A DNA stretch of 63,589 nt, the filler included, from Sphaeroforma arctica JP610 (taxonomy: Eukaryota): NCBI RefSeq assembly GCF_001186125.1. It is 6 parts of 4 records of this genome, joined end to end, with 100 filler letters (N's around TTAATTAATTAA, not from the genome) between each part and the next. Parts side by side here need not be neighbours in the genome. Positions count along the whole stretch, not along the records: positions 38,211 to 42,337 come from NW_014040553.1; positions 42,438 to 57,017 come from NW_014040553.1; 4 more parts are not named here. The stretch is one strand, 5' to 3'. A program made the translations under genes and the position numbers. Positions 39,424-54,600 of the stretch are shown one piece after another (within the stretch, counting starts at the first letter, position 1; each line of letters begins with the position of its first letter). Under the pieces are notes generated by a model. That model worked only from the letters and a program-made list of their open reading frames with translations. It had not been told where the DNA came from and made no database searches.

Positions 39424-40668
39424 CTCGAGTAGTAGGTTCTCAGATGCTTGTCGTTGCTCATGTACGTGTCAAATGTACCGAGTATCGCGAACTACGAGCC
39501 ATAACGAGCTATTGTGGATATAGCTCCACGGAGATCAACGGCGTTATATAGTATACTGAAAACAGGTTGATATCTGACAGGGGAGCAGTCAAGGCTAACT
39601 ACAGTAAAAAATAAAATCCACAATGGCGACCGAACTTGCACAGCGCACTCTCTGCCTAAACTATTTATTGGTTCGTTTTCGCCACCGCTTCATTCGACCC
39701 AACTCTTAAAAAACTCAACTTTCCTGAATACTTGTTATGAAGTGACGTGCCGTTGTACCCTTTCTCGACTTGTGGCCACTGAATAATCGCAAACCATGGC
39801 ACAGATCTGCTTCAACCTAGTTTCTCAACTTCAGATATCGCCCGCTTCGTCACGAGAGCTTTTAGCTCCCCCCCTGCAGTCAATAGGTAATGTCTGCAAT
39901 ACGGTATTACAGCACCAGCGAATTATCTTGCGATAGGAGCGACAGCTTCGGGAACTTGCGTCTTCTCTAAACCAACATTAGCCTTAGAGCCGCCTTGTAA
40001 ATCCGCAAGCATTTTTCACAGCGCTTTGGAATGGCAGCACTTCTAATATATTTGGCGAACCCGGATCAAATCTTTCTATTCACTCTGAAGTAAGGTTAGG
40101 GCCTTAAATACCTCAGTTGGAGCTACACATAATTCTATCTCTGACATACGTTGCCACAACCCACGACTATTGGAAGCGATTTCCATGAGAATAGATGGGA
40201 TCTGAAGGGTAGTTAGAATAAATGGGCAACACCTGTCGTCAAACCAGAAAGAACCGCTAACACTCCAATAGTAGATACGCGTTCAACCCTGTCACTAACC
40301 GTGGAGTCTGGGCTAACATATTGCCTCAACACCAATTTTTTTGTTGATATAATAAGATCTTACAGAATGCTATCCCCATAGATAATTGGTAGTACCACCT
40401 GCATGTCTGGAGGCAGACACTTCAGGCTGAACTCTGAATCATTCAATCTTCTCTCACTGTAACTGTCCGCGCGTGTTGACGTACAGTCTAAGGTTAAGCG
40501 CACTGCGCGTTAACAAAAAATATACTCACACCCGACCATTTGACTGCATAACCCTTGCCGGGCATACAAAGCCAGTGTGACACCAAAAGCGTACAGCAGC
40601 CAATATCATGGCTAAGTCGACGCTTAGACTGACGGACACCAAATTTTCAGGCTGCAGAGATGAGACAA

Positions 40669-40884
40669 CTAGCTAGGACTCGAGATGGTTAGAAACACGT
40701 ACATTCCCCCGACAATCACGACCATCGCCAAGGCACAGATAGACACTAGCAATATTCCGATCTTGAAGTCGTCATTGTAGAGGGAGTTCTTCTCTTCTTT
40801 GGTCTGTGGTGGCAGCGTAGCCCATCGACTGGCCACCTCTGGATTGATTCCTTTACCCCCGCCTCGATACTTTGAACCGGCCAT
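40669..40884 (-). CDS. Small single-pass membrane protein, 71 aa, unknown family
   Basis: ATG start, hydrophilic N-terminus, ~24-residue hydrophobic segment IGILLVSICALAMVVIVGGMYVFL near the C-terminus; divergent from RBX1. Confidence 0.55.
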   Translation of the reverse strand: MAGSKYRGGGKGINPEVASRWATLPPQTKEEKNSLYNDDFKIGILLVSICALAMVVIVGGMYVFLTISSPS

Positions 40885-41558
40885 CCCAGCTTGTGTATAT
40901 GTATAACTATAAAGGGTATACGTATATTTTTCTTATTATTAAGGTACTATGCATGTGTAATTGTGAATGGGTTTTGCCTTTATGTACTCTGGCGCGAAAA
41001 TAACAAATAGAGAGAGAGAGGTAGGGGTTTTAGGTCAAAATCCATAGCCTTTTAAAAAAAAGACACAAAATCACAGTAAATACATTTTATAAATCACGGC
41101 TGCGGCGTCATGGGGACAGTAAATAATTTTTAAAGTGGAAACCAAGTGACCTAAAAGATATAAAAAGTTGGAAACGATATGTAGAGCCAATTTTAATTTG
41201 AAAGGAGCGTCTTTTAAAAAAAAAGGGGGGGGGGGGGGATAAAAACGTCACTGCTTCACAGATCGATAGCAAAATAACGCCATAATGATTTGGTAAAAAA
41301 AAAAAGAGTTCGCCGGTTTAGGGCACTTTGTACGACAACTGAAAACGACAGAAATGCCACAGAGATTGTCGGATTGTCAGATAGTGTCAGTGAGAGTCTT
41401 GTTTGAAAGGTGGACAGTCGAAATCGTACACTTTTAGTAGTAGAATATCACTTCGCTTGTTGTTATCTGAAAGCATTGTTATATAGTGTCCATAGTTTAC
41501 TTGTCCACACAGATCTTTGCTTGCAAAACTATAGACTTACCACTATATCATTAGCAAT

Positions 41559-43470
<1,912 letters not shown>

Positions 43471-44630
43471 GGTCTCAGTATATTATTGGCATAAAAATCG
43501 AAATAGCTCAAGTACAGATTGATTCTGGCTAGGCGAAACCGAAAAGAGCCACGCAACCTCACCCGCACGCTCAGAATCCAATCCTGTTTGATCCAAATGG
43601 CCTGATGATAGGCCGCCACCGATGACTCCTGAGAGGTGCACGACCGGCATATGTGCTCTACTAACGTGTGGAATCATCAAACCCCTAGCACGTCTCCGAA
43701 TAAAACGCAAATACTATGAATTGATTTACTATTTACCGTTTTTGGAGGTGATTGCTGTCAATTTTCGTGTGAAGCAGCCTCCTGCTATTATTGCGCACTA
43801 AGAACTGAGTGTTCAACATTCTTCGAGTTCAGCAACGTGGGTCAAATATCACCTCAAAATCTCTTGTCGAAATATCTTCTGAATCGTGAGAGATAAATTA
43901 TATATGTTTACAGGAGGATAAGAGCTATGTATCGGACTTTGGGCAGTCTCGACACTGACTATTGTGTAACATTCTAAATATATGACGAAGCTGTCCAGAT
44001 AGATTGCGCCTACTGGTAGTCCATCATTCAGGTCTAGCCTTCGTGGCCGCATGAGTTTGTAACCGCTTAATAGTGTCGCGGAGGTGTTTGCAATCCTATG
44101 TACACTTTGCAATATGTTGTAGAGCAAGTATAGCGGTGCTATGCTCCTGTAAATCGCTACGAACAATGAGGACGTGCTGGAGGGCCAGTATATGCAATTT
44201 TGTGATGAACTACCACATTCAGCATTTTTCTAGAGTTGATTTTACGTCGGCTACTATGGAAGAGGCAGATATGATGATGCGCACAACTACAATGTTTGCC
44301 ATCCTGTCCCTATCTAGACCTACTCAGCACATAAAGTATCGGCATTTCAGTACGAACAATCAGTACGTGTTTAAAGTTGGCATCCATTGGTTGACTGGCC
44401 TCAACCCTTATTTGTCGTTCACAATTTGTTATTTGGCATGCTCTGACCGTATAAATAACATTGCTTTTGAAGTAGAATCGCTAGCCACTGTCCTCATCAT
44501 CAGATAGCAATTAGGATCAGAGTCGTCGCAAAAATAATTGTAATGAAATGATAAGTCAATGCTTAATCTAAACAATCAGGTCAAAGAAAGAGAGCTGAAG
44601 AAAGAACGCTGATTAATTATTTTACATATT

Positions 44631-46280
44631 TTATGAGATGGCTTCGTCCCCGACACTCGCTGATGCTGGTAACGTCTGTTCAAAGGGCGTAAGTTTTGTC
44701 CGCATATGCACATCGACGCCACCACTCATCAACGGGGTGTTCTGCAAGCCGATGCTAGAATTGCCATTCATATGAGAGGCCGTATTTGAGCCGGGAATGA
44801 GTTGCAAGGCAGCATTTGGCGATGTGTACAGAAAGTTACCATGTCCTTTATACATTTGGGTAAGATCGTTTTGCGAACCCTGTAGAGAATTTGTATGCTG
44901 CGCATTATGATTGTGTATTTGCTGATGATTATTGTATTTGCCTTGTTGCATACTGGGATGGACATGCTGTTGAGAATTCACTGGGCTACGGTGCATACTC
45001 TGTGTGGAGCCACTATCAATATTGTGTGGTGAAGGAAGTCCTAAGCTAGGTGGTGCATGGAGGTGCACATTTTGTTGGCTATTCATCTGCAAATTCGGTT
45101 GGACATTAATATGTGAGTGCTGTGGTGAATTGTGGTTGGTCTGATGGGCTTGCAGATGAACAACTTCAGGCGATTGTGAGTGGGCAGGGTGTGCACCCAA
45201 CTGCTGCTGGGGAAGATATTGTTGATGTGCAATTTGATTAGGGTGAAGTGTATGGCCTGGTTGAGGTATCTGATGCTGATGGCACAATTCGGGTTGAATA
45301 TGTAGAGATCCAGTCGAATATTGTGGCCGGACCATAGCGCTGTGCTGCAAGGATGTAACCCCGGATTGCACTGGCAACAAGTGGGATTCACCTGTGGTTG
45401 TAGATGCCTGCAATCCCTCGATCGGGATTTGAGCAATTGGCATTTGACCCACAGGTGCTACTACGGAAGCGTGGCTAATACTTTTACTACTACAACAAAA
45501 GCCGCTGCCAGATCTTATTTGTACAGGTGGTTTTGGTGCAATAGGTGCGACGGCGGGCGGTTGCGAAGAGCCGCAGCATGAAGTCCTATTCATGGGCGCT
45601 GCTGTTACGGAAGGACGAGGTAATGCACCGCACACTGCCGATTGCTGCGCAAACGGTGATGCGGCCGATTTGGTCTGTCCAGAACCACAATTACACGAAT
45701 CGAACCGTAGGTAGTCGAAATTGGGTATCGGAGCGGCACGACCGACTTGAATGATACTGCGGAGATACTGCAAAAAAGAAGTTGTGGGCGTATTTTGACG
45801 AAATTAACAAAGTAGCAGTCCGTGCGATGGCGCCCGTGAAAAATGGACTAAGCGGCGGTCAATAGTCTTGGTGACAATCTATCGCAGTTCACCTCCTAAC
45901 ATACGTTGAAGCTACGAAGTTCACAAATTGACTTGACAAAAAAGAAGCAGCACAGCTCAACGAAAAATAAATGATTGGCTGTTTGTGAATGAAACTTCGA
46001 CCTACCTGCGACTCGGCTTTCAACAGACTATTCTCTTTTTTTAGGCTATGATTCTCTTGCAATAACTTATTGTGGTCTGTTCGTTTTCTCGCTCGTGAAA
46101 TTCTGGAAGCCAAATTATTTTTGTACCTCTTTCTCTCGTTCTGGAAGATTTTAAAAGTGGGGTGTTTCATTAGAAACTACTATGAACGTTCAAAATGTAA
46201 AATCAATCGTCATATACAAATCCATATACATTGAGGCACACTGACATATATAGAAATGTATACGTTTATGTACATACATA

Positions 46281-46323
<43 letters not shown>

Positions 46324-47320
46324 GGACACACACAAGCACAAGCACAAGCACAAGCACACACACACACATATATATATATGCGCGTGTGTGTGTTAGGTAA
46401 AAACACATCAAGGTTGCATCATGGTGATAGTGAGATACAAAGGTGCCAAACTATTGCGATACTCACAAGCGTGTATTGGTGTATACTTGAGTGTATGTAC
46501 ATGATGCTACATTGCATTCTGGGCGGTTATTCCCATATGTGTGTCAAAACATAAACATGGTAAACCGAGGTAGAAATGTGCGTATACACAAAACTACGTG
46601 CAAGGAGATACATCCAGCTTCGCCAGTGCAGACAAAACGATAATAAATAAAGGTGTACAAATAGCATACCACAGTCATGTTTTCGTAGTTTTTCGGTCGC
46701 TGTTCGGGTAGTAATTCGTTTGCTTCCTGGTCATCTTCATTCGTTGCGTTTGTGGAGCTGTCCACTGAGGGGATCAATTAGTGCTGTCAATAAAAGAAAA
46801 CCCCAAAATGGCGATGATAGGCACAACATTTGAAGATATATATATAAATATTAATATAAATATGTTAAAAAAAAGTTATAAAATAGTATATGTTTATATT
46901 ATTATAATATATATATATATATATATACATAATAATAATAATAATAATAATATATATATATATATATATATATAGAATATATATATATACATAATNNNNN
47001 NNNNNNNNNNNNNNNNNNNNNNNNNNNNNNNNNNNNNNNNNNNNNNNNNNNNNNNNNNNNNNNNNNNNNNNNNNNNNNNNNNNNNNNNNNNNNNNNNNNN
47101 NNNNNNNNNNNNNNNNNNNNNNNNNNNNNNNNNNNNNNNNNNNNNNNNNNNNNNNNNNNNNNNNNNNNNNNNNNNNNNNNNNNNNNNNNNNNNNNNNNNN
47201 NNNNNNNNNNNNNNNNNNNNNNNNNNNNNNNNNNNNNNNNNNNNNNNNNNNNNNNNNNNNNNNNNNNNNNNNNNNNNNNNNNNNNTATATATATATTAAT
47301 ATAATAATAATATATATATG

Positions 47321-47368
<48 letters not shown>

Positions 47369-48063
47369 CATATATATATCAATAATATTGTATCATCATG
47401 TATCATAATATATAAAATTATATAATAGTATATAATAATAATAATAATAGCAATAATAATAATAATAATAATAATAATAATCATAATATTATGTAAATAT
47501 ATATAATAATATATAACAATATGTAACGATATAATATCATATAAGAATACATATTAATATATAATAATATATAAAAATATGGAATCATGTATATATATAT
47601 ATATTATATATATACGCAAACATATACATATACCATTGAACGTGTCAAGAGATCGAAAGCATTTATTAACTCACCAGGATCCGGCTGGGCTGGATTTTTG
47701 GGCTCGGACGGCACATCAAAGCTAGCGTCATCCAATTCGACTACCATATCGCCTTCGTACGGTTTATTCAGAAAATCGGTCAGACCCAGGTCGTCAGGCA
47801 CTGGAGAGAATAGACTATGTGAATACGGTGATGATGATCTAACCGTTGTTCATGCACATTGTAATCAAGGAAATAAATGAGGAGTACATACCAGCCCCAC
47901 TCTTGACCATTTCGGATATAATATCCGCCAAGTCCGTCTTCATTAAATCACAGGTACACGGATAGGAACACCCGCAAACACATCGTGACAAGTCGGCCCC
48001 GGGTGCAGCACATTTGTCACCCTCCTGGACAGCTTGTTCGCTGCCATCTTCATTGTCCCCCAT
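44631..48063 (-). CDS. bZIP transcription factor (C/EBP/PAR-like basic region) with Cys-rich motifs and a His/Gln-rich tail, 5 exons
   Basis: Phase-consistent exons 48063-47892, 47800-47675, 46764-46670, 46140-46006, 45767-44631. Basic region ERKRYKNNLASRISRARK is followed by heptad leucines LLQENHSLKKENSLLKAESQYLRSII. An extra exon could be hidden in the gap at 46996-47284. Confidence 0.85.
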
Positions 48064-48886
48064 GTTGCTTAGGAGACGTGTTTGACAAGAACGGCTCTAT
48101 GAACACAGTCGTAAACTGATCTTTAAATCGGTTCAGTTCACCAGTCCGGCGCTGTTAGCTTGAAAACTATTGTATAATCTGAGTGCTAGATTTCTTATGT
48201 ATATGCCATGAACAGGCATGAAAATTCTACCATTTTTTAAATTTTATGTAATGTACTTTGGAGTATGGGCTATGGAGTGGGCCATGTTTGAGATCTTTTT
48301 TACATGATGACTCCCCGAGTTCCCTGTGAGTGACTGAAGTCCTTGACTCCTGACTCCTGAGATACAATAATGGAAACCTCAATCCGTTAGCTGGATCCAA
48401 ATTTAACCTGAACACTAACTAAACGTTTAAAATGTTTATACGGGTCAATAGAGTTAAAAATAGTCCTATGTACTGTCCGAATTAAGCGGATACCGAAGGG
48501 AAACAATCTGGAAGCTCAGAACCTCTGGGGAAAAACATGCACCCATAGTGGCAACTATAGGGCCAACCGATATAAACGTATCTGAATTTATAGTATATAC
48601 GTTTTTACAAAAATAGAATTGACAGTGTATCACTGTAACTGTGCTTCACTGCTTGTTCTTACGGTTTTGCCTCTCTGACACCGCTGCTGAGGGAAAAACC
48701 CCATCGACGTGACGGTCATCAAAATCACGAGTACATCATCCTTATTGTACATAAATATGTATAAAGTTATGAACAAATAAAAATATGTAGATGTAAATAT
48801 GTGCATATTTTAATATTTTATTGTAAGATATATATCTAGTCTAATAAGAATACTAATACGAGTCTGTTATAGTTCTTCCGGCAGCA

Positions 48887-51038
48887 ATGGAGGTTGAATC
48901 GTTTACAATATTTCCGCCTGATGCAGATGGGCAAGGTAATGTGATAGTACACTGCTTCTTTTCCATACTTCAGTGAGAAAATACATGATCCATGAGGTAA
49001 ATATTTGGGTATCTCGCGACAGCTTGTATCCTAAAGTGGTATAAACTTTACCGCACGCCCAAAGATATCTGATATGGTTGACGCTTGCATTGCGGTGTAC
49101 TGAACCAGGCTATAACCCTGCCACAAGAGGTGAACAACGACAGATCAGAGTAGCGAAGCCGCGTCATTCACTGCATTAAGAGGTGGAGTACATTTGTCTA
49201 GTGTTCTGGCGATTAGCAAACTAATTATGGCACCTCTCGCATTCATCTCAGATCACCAGAGTGAGAATGCTAGGGAGATAGGAGGCCAGGCGGTCTGGAC
49301 ACTGTCGTCGTGTAAGCAGGGCTTCGCTATGGACCAGCTGAGAGACGGCAATCTAGACACATATTGGCAGTATGTGGATCTCATTTGATTCCGAGCTGTT
49401 GAGACACACCGTGCTTTTCGATTTGACCTGTGCATATATACATGCTAGATTTGGGAGATGTCAAATGTAAGGGTATCGTCTTGCTTTTTTTGAAACCATT
49501 TGGTGTATGCCCTTCTTTCTTGTTGCTTATGAGTATTTTCTTGAAAGTACGTCTATATGACAGCCAGGTGCAACTATTGACAAAATTGCTGCTTCTGATG
49601 GTTCCCTGATGGTTCCCATTTATTCTTATTTGGTGACTATTTTCAGACATTTGCTAAAAGGGTAGCACGGATCATAAGTACATCTCAGTGCTAATATCTG
49701 CTTCCACAATCGGACCTGTCTCTAGCTCTGTGTGTGTTTCTGGGATTTAATGAATCAGTTATTGCCATAGACATGAACTATGGATGCGCGATTCTACCAT
49801 CTCCACGATGGTTTTATAATCGAGTTCCGAGTTCAGATACGCAACAATTTGTGTTAGTATTATGCTCAGTTCATTTGTTAACGGGCACAGAGGAGAGCAA
49901 TATAGACGCTACTCAGCAGGCACTTGGAATACTTAATTATGCCAATATGGTTGAGTATAGAGCTACATTCAGTGATCTTGGTACTTTGTAAATAACAACA
50001 ACGATGTCAGATATGAGAGGCACGGAAGTAACTATGCACTACTCGGCGGCGTGTGTTCTAAACGAAGGCCTTATCGAACTTCCAAGGCGTAGACACCACT
50101 ATACCCTCACATGGCATTCATACTAAGTATCATTGGAAGTGTGGACATAATAATCAAATCCGACTGCTATGCGATGTGTTGTAGGTCTGACGGACTACAG
50201 CCACATTCCATCAGTGTGCAATTTCCGAAACGACAGACGGTTTTGGTATGAGCAGTTAGTCCTTTTTCGCTTTGAAATCGGTATAGTTTTACGTGGTTGC
50301 TCTTTCTTCCCTATTATTGAGATCTGCAGAACTATAAGCAAGCTGTCTATCACGTTTGTGCCGAAATACACTCAATTAGTCATATTCTTTTCATAGGAGG
50401 TTTGCTTTTATGTGGACTATTTGCAAGATGAAAGCTATACACCCCAGAAAATATCAGTAAAAGCTGGCTCGCACTATCATGATCTTCGGGTATGCACCGG
50501 CGCGTTGCGATTACTAGCAACTGTTTGTTTCTACGTTCAAATTTTGGTGTCTCATTAAGATGATTTTGCGAAACTTGGAAATATTTCTATGGAAAGTTTA
50601 CTGTAGCTTCTAGCACATAACTGACGAGTTACTTATATCTTTGCAGGAAATCACCCAAATGTCCATGACTGAGCCTTCAGGTTGGGTTTCTGTACCCCTC
50701 ACAAGAACAGATCAGACAGCCGGTGTGCAGGCCAATCTACTTGAGATCACTATGCTATCCAACCATCAAAATGGAAGAGACACCCATATGAGACAGATAA
50801 AGGTCTTTGGCCCTGTAGAGTAAGTTCCGCTTTGGCTTATTTTGCGACGCTATGGCCGATGCTTTTACATTTATGTGCTAAGCTTGAACACGCACATGCG
50901 TTATACGATTTGATAGTTTTAAACTGTTCCACATGACACTCACTCTCTGGGTTTGCTTATGCACATCACAGAAGGGGGATATCGGTCATTGAAAAGTTTC
51001 AGGATCCGAATCTCGAGACATATTCGAATTTACGATGA
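48887..51038 (+). CDS. APC10: Anaphase-promoting complex subunit 10 (DOC1), 6 exons
   Basis: Exons 48887-48935, 49252-49369, 50185-50245, 50397-50489, 50647-50819, 50972-51038. REIGGQAVWTLSSCKQGF...DTYWQSDGLQPH, DESYTP, NHQNGRDTHMRQIKVF, C-terminal LR tail. Confidence 0.97.
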
Positions 51039-51123
51039 CGTACTTATTAGTACTCTGTGAGTTTTACTCGAGATTCGCACTGCAGAGAGCTGGCCTCCAA
51101 ACACGCAGAGCTGACGACGACAG

Positions 51124-51183
51124 AATGCTTGCTGTTTCATCGAATGCTTGCTGTTTCATCGAATGCTTGCTGTTTCATCGAAT
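51124..51183. repeat. 19 bp tandem repeat x 3 downstream of APC10
   Basis: GAATGCTTGCTGTTTCATC three times. Confidence 0.9.
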
Positions 51184-51695
51184 CCTTCCTTGCGCCACTT
51201 GCTATACAGTGCGTGATCGTAGTGGCATGATTGTGGTATTAGGGAATCGATGCCCATTCTACATTCTATCAGCAAAATATACCACGTAGTGTGTATAACG
51301 TCGCTGTGGGTTCGATGGAGGTGTGCGTACGAATTGCAATCGGCGACACTGGGTTCGATAGAAGTATAAATTGGAGAGTACAAAAGGCGACGCTGGGTCG
51401 ATGGAAATGTGATTAGAAGCCGTGTTCTTACGCGGTCTCATTGGATTTGACCACAATATATGAAGGCGATGTTATTGATACGAGCTGCCAGATGTGACCT
51501 TGCCGCTGAATTTGAAAAGAATCACCCTGATGAAAAAGTGGATTCAGTGTGTTCTCTCGTGTACTCCTTTAATTATAAGTACTTTCTATATCATCTATAT
51601 ACGTAGCGCTCTCCTTGAAGTAAGGGCCACCCGGGAAAATAACCCTACTTGGCGCGATTGTGCGGAATAGTGTGCACTTTTAAATCTAATTATTT

Positions 51696-54600
51696 TCAGT
51701 CGTTCCCGGAATTACGTTTCTTTTCAACACTTCTTAGTTGCCTAGTATTTACGATCAAGGGTGCGCGGGAGGGTGATCGTGGCGATGTCCGCCTTAAAGA
51801 ACCTCCATTGGGCTCAAATAAATACAAAGGTATAGTATACCTAAACTTCTTTTTTCGTCTCGATCTCCTAATCTTAGCTTTTGTGCTAGCCGTGTCTAAA
51901 TTCTCGTTCAAGTTGGTATCATCATTCTCACTATCGCTCAGCACCTATAGGTATTCCGAATGGGTTCAAATGTTGATTAGAAATTGTGTCGACGTACAAT
52001 TATCTCGGATTTAAACATAGAAAAATCCAAGTGTACTACACGACACAAGACAAGGGTTGACTAGAGATCTACAACCAATAACGTCTCACTGAACAGTATT
52101 TAAATCACCAGATTGCGTTTCCAAAGTACTGACCTTCGATAAAGAACTGATATCAGCGAATATTTTTTTCCCTGTGCTTTCGCTTTTCGCCCCAGCGACA
52201 CCATCTTCGGGAGCGTTGGGTGGTGTGCTTCCATTTACTTCCACCTGAGGAAAGCGGAATGCGTATGATCCTTGCATAAGACTACGACAGGTTGTAAAAC
52301 TGATAAAAAGGAACGCAAACGGGCTATCGGAATAAGCAGATCGCATAATCCACTAACCTTGGGCAATGATTTAAGGCTTGGCATGTATTGTGTCGGTGAT
52401 TGGGACATCCTTGATTTGCTTGTCGTTCGTTTTAGTAGATCCTCTAACGAGGCGGACTCCAACTTCCCACCGGCTCCTTCGTTGCTACCTACGCTGATTG
52501 ATCTTCCCATCACAGTTGCAGATTTTCCAGTTCCGTAGTCGTCTTCACTTTGGAGACTTACATCACTCGTGCCTCCATCAGTATCGTCAGTGACCTTATG
52601 ACTTCGGCCAAATTGACCAGAACGTATCATGTCCTCGCAAACTACTGTTTCCCAGAGCTCTTGCATGCATTTCCAATATTTCCTGTGAACTCTGACAACC
52701 TAATAAATAGAAAAAGCACGATACATTGAGCTTAAGATGCAATTTTGCGGGATACACATACTCAAGAGAATAGGTGATCACGAATGATCAAACACGATTT
52801 ACCTCATTGAGCGACTTGATAGCGTTATATTGTGGAACGTTCGGCTTAGTTATCAAAGCTAGACTATGGGATCTAGATGACGGTGTGCTCATAGGGGGAG
52901 GTTTCTCGCCCAGCAACACTTTCATACATGCTGTTGCACACTCTGATAGAGCACTCAGCCTATAACCGCCCTCCAGGGAAAGGAGCACCCTGCCATCCAT
53001 GAAATCCATCAGCGTCTATAGTAAAGGAATAAAAAACGGAATGAATGATCTCAAGTATAAATATCTGTGCAGGTGATATGCAAGACATGGAGCCATATGC
53101 CGAGACAGTGAGAGAATAAACACAAAGCAATTGGACACGAATGGGGACATCGGCGCTACCTTCGTCATGTGTGCGAAGCCGCTGGCAGCTACTTTGCAAT
53201 TCCCGATATGGTCACCATCGGCGGCGTCAAATCCTGCACTGATGACAATTACTTCGGGTGCAAATTCTTTGGCTATTGGAAGTATAATATGCAGAAACGC
53301 AGCCATGTATTCGGTGTTACCCGGAGGGCTATCATCACAATCATTCCACGCTATGTTCACTGTCATTCCCTGCGCATCACCGAGCCCAACTTCCTCTGTC
53401 GAACCCGTACCTGGATAGAATTCACCGTGGTCATACCTACAACCAAATAACAGATATGATTGCGTAAAAATACCATTCATTCCTCGTTGAAAGAGGCAGA
53501 GAGAAATCGGTGTGTGGACTGAGATGAAACTGGGAAACACTCGTGAATATATAAATCGAGAGCCATCGAACAAATACATATAACGGCGGTGCTCAATACC
53601 TGTGCAGGGAGAGGTATAGTACGTTAGGGTCATCCTTGAATACGTCCTGCGTACCATTGCCGTGATGAACATCCCAATCTACGATCATGACTTTGGCGAC
53701 ATTGAATTCCTTCCTCGCCGCTCGTACCGCGATACCGACATTATTGAAAAAGCAAAAGCCCCCTGCTGCATCTCTCTCTGCATGGTGACCGGGTGGCCTG
53801 ATGATAGCAAAACCATTTTTCAGCTTACCCCTTATGGTAGATCTCGCCAACTCGACCAATGATCCAGCACTAAGCCGAGCTGCACGCGATGTGTCTTCAA
53901 CGTTAAAGACTGTGTCCGTAGCAATTCCTGGGCCTCCGCAATGCATCTTCTCTATGTTTGGGGGCTCCTTGCCATGTCCATCAACAGCAGCTCCTCCGTA
54001 ATTATATACATGTGCATTTGCGTGAACTGCCAATAGTTCTTCTTTTGTTGCTTCTCTTCCTCGTACTGGTACCACTCGTTCTAGTAGTTTCTCATCATCG
54101 AACGCCTTCAAGATGCTTGCTATCCTATCCGGTCTCTCTGGATGTGCTTCGTCCGGTCGAGAGCATGTACAGGCGTGTGACAAAGTGTCTGTATCGTATG
54201 TGATGCCCGTTTTTGTTGAACGCGCATCTCGTTGCTCACTTGCAGCTTTAATAGCATCCCATCTTGCTTCCGAATCCGGTCCCAATGGGCCATACAAAGC
54301 ATCGGCTGTGCGAGTACGTAGTTGAGATATTTTGACCCATTCATTGTATTCTGTGCCCCAGCCTTCGAAATGAACGAGAACAAATTGAGATGCAAATAAG
54401 GAATCTTCGACATCAGTAGTCGTATCGCTTGAACCTGCTGTCGTACGCGACTTCATTTTCAGTACGGTAGCTGGTTTCTTCACGCCCATTTCCGAAGATG
54501 ATGCTCCTTCCTTCTCAATTGTGCTTTCAACAGATTTGCCAACCTGCTCCATATTCTCTACATAGCGTATTCGAGCTGCATGCTGAAGGTGTATGCGGTG

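Noticed and set aside
39600..40450. Possible decayed transposon or gene on the minus strand between SLU7 and the small ORF; similarly 15200-15800 and 43500-44500
   Set aside because: Only short protein-like fragments with no recognisable motif; cannot be supported.
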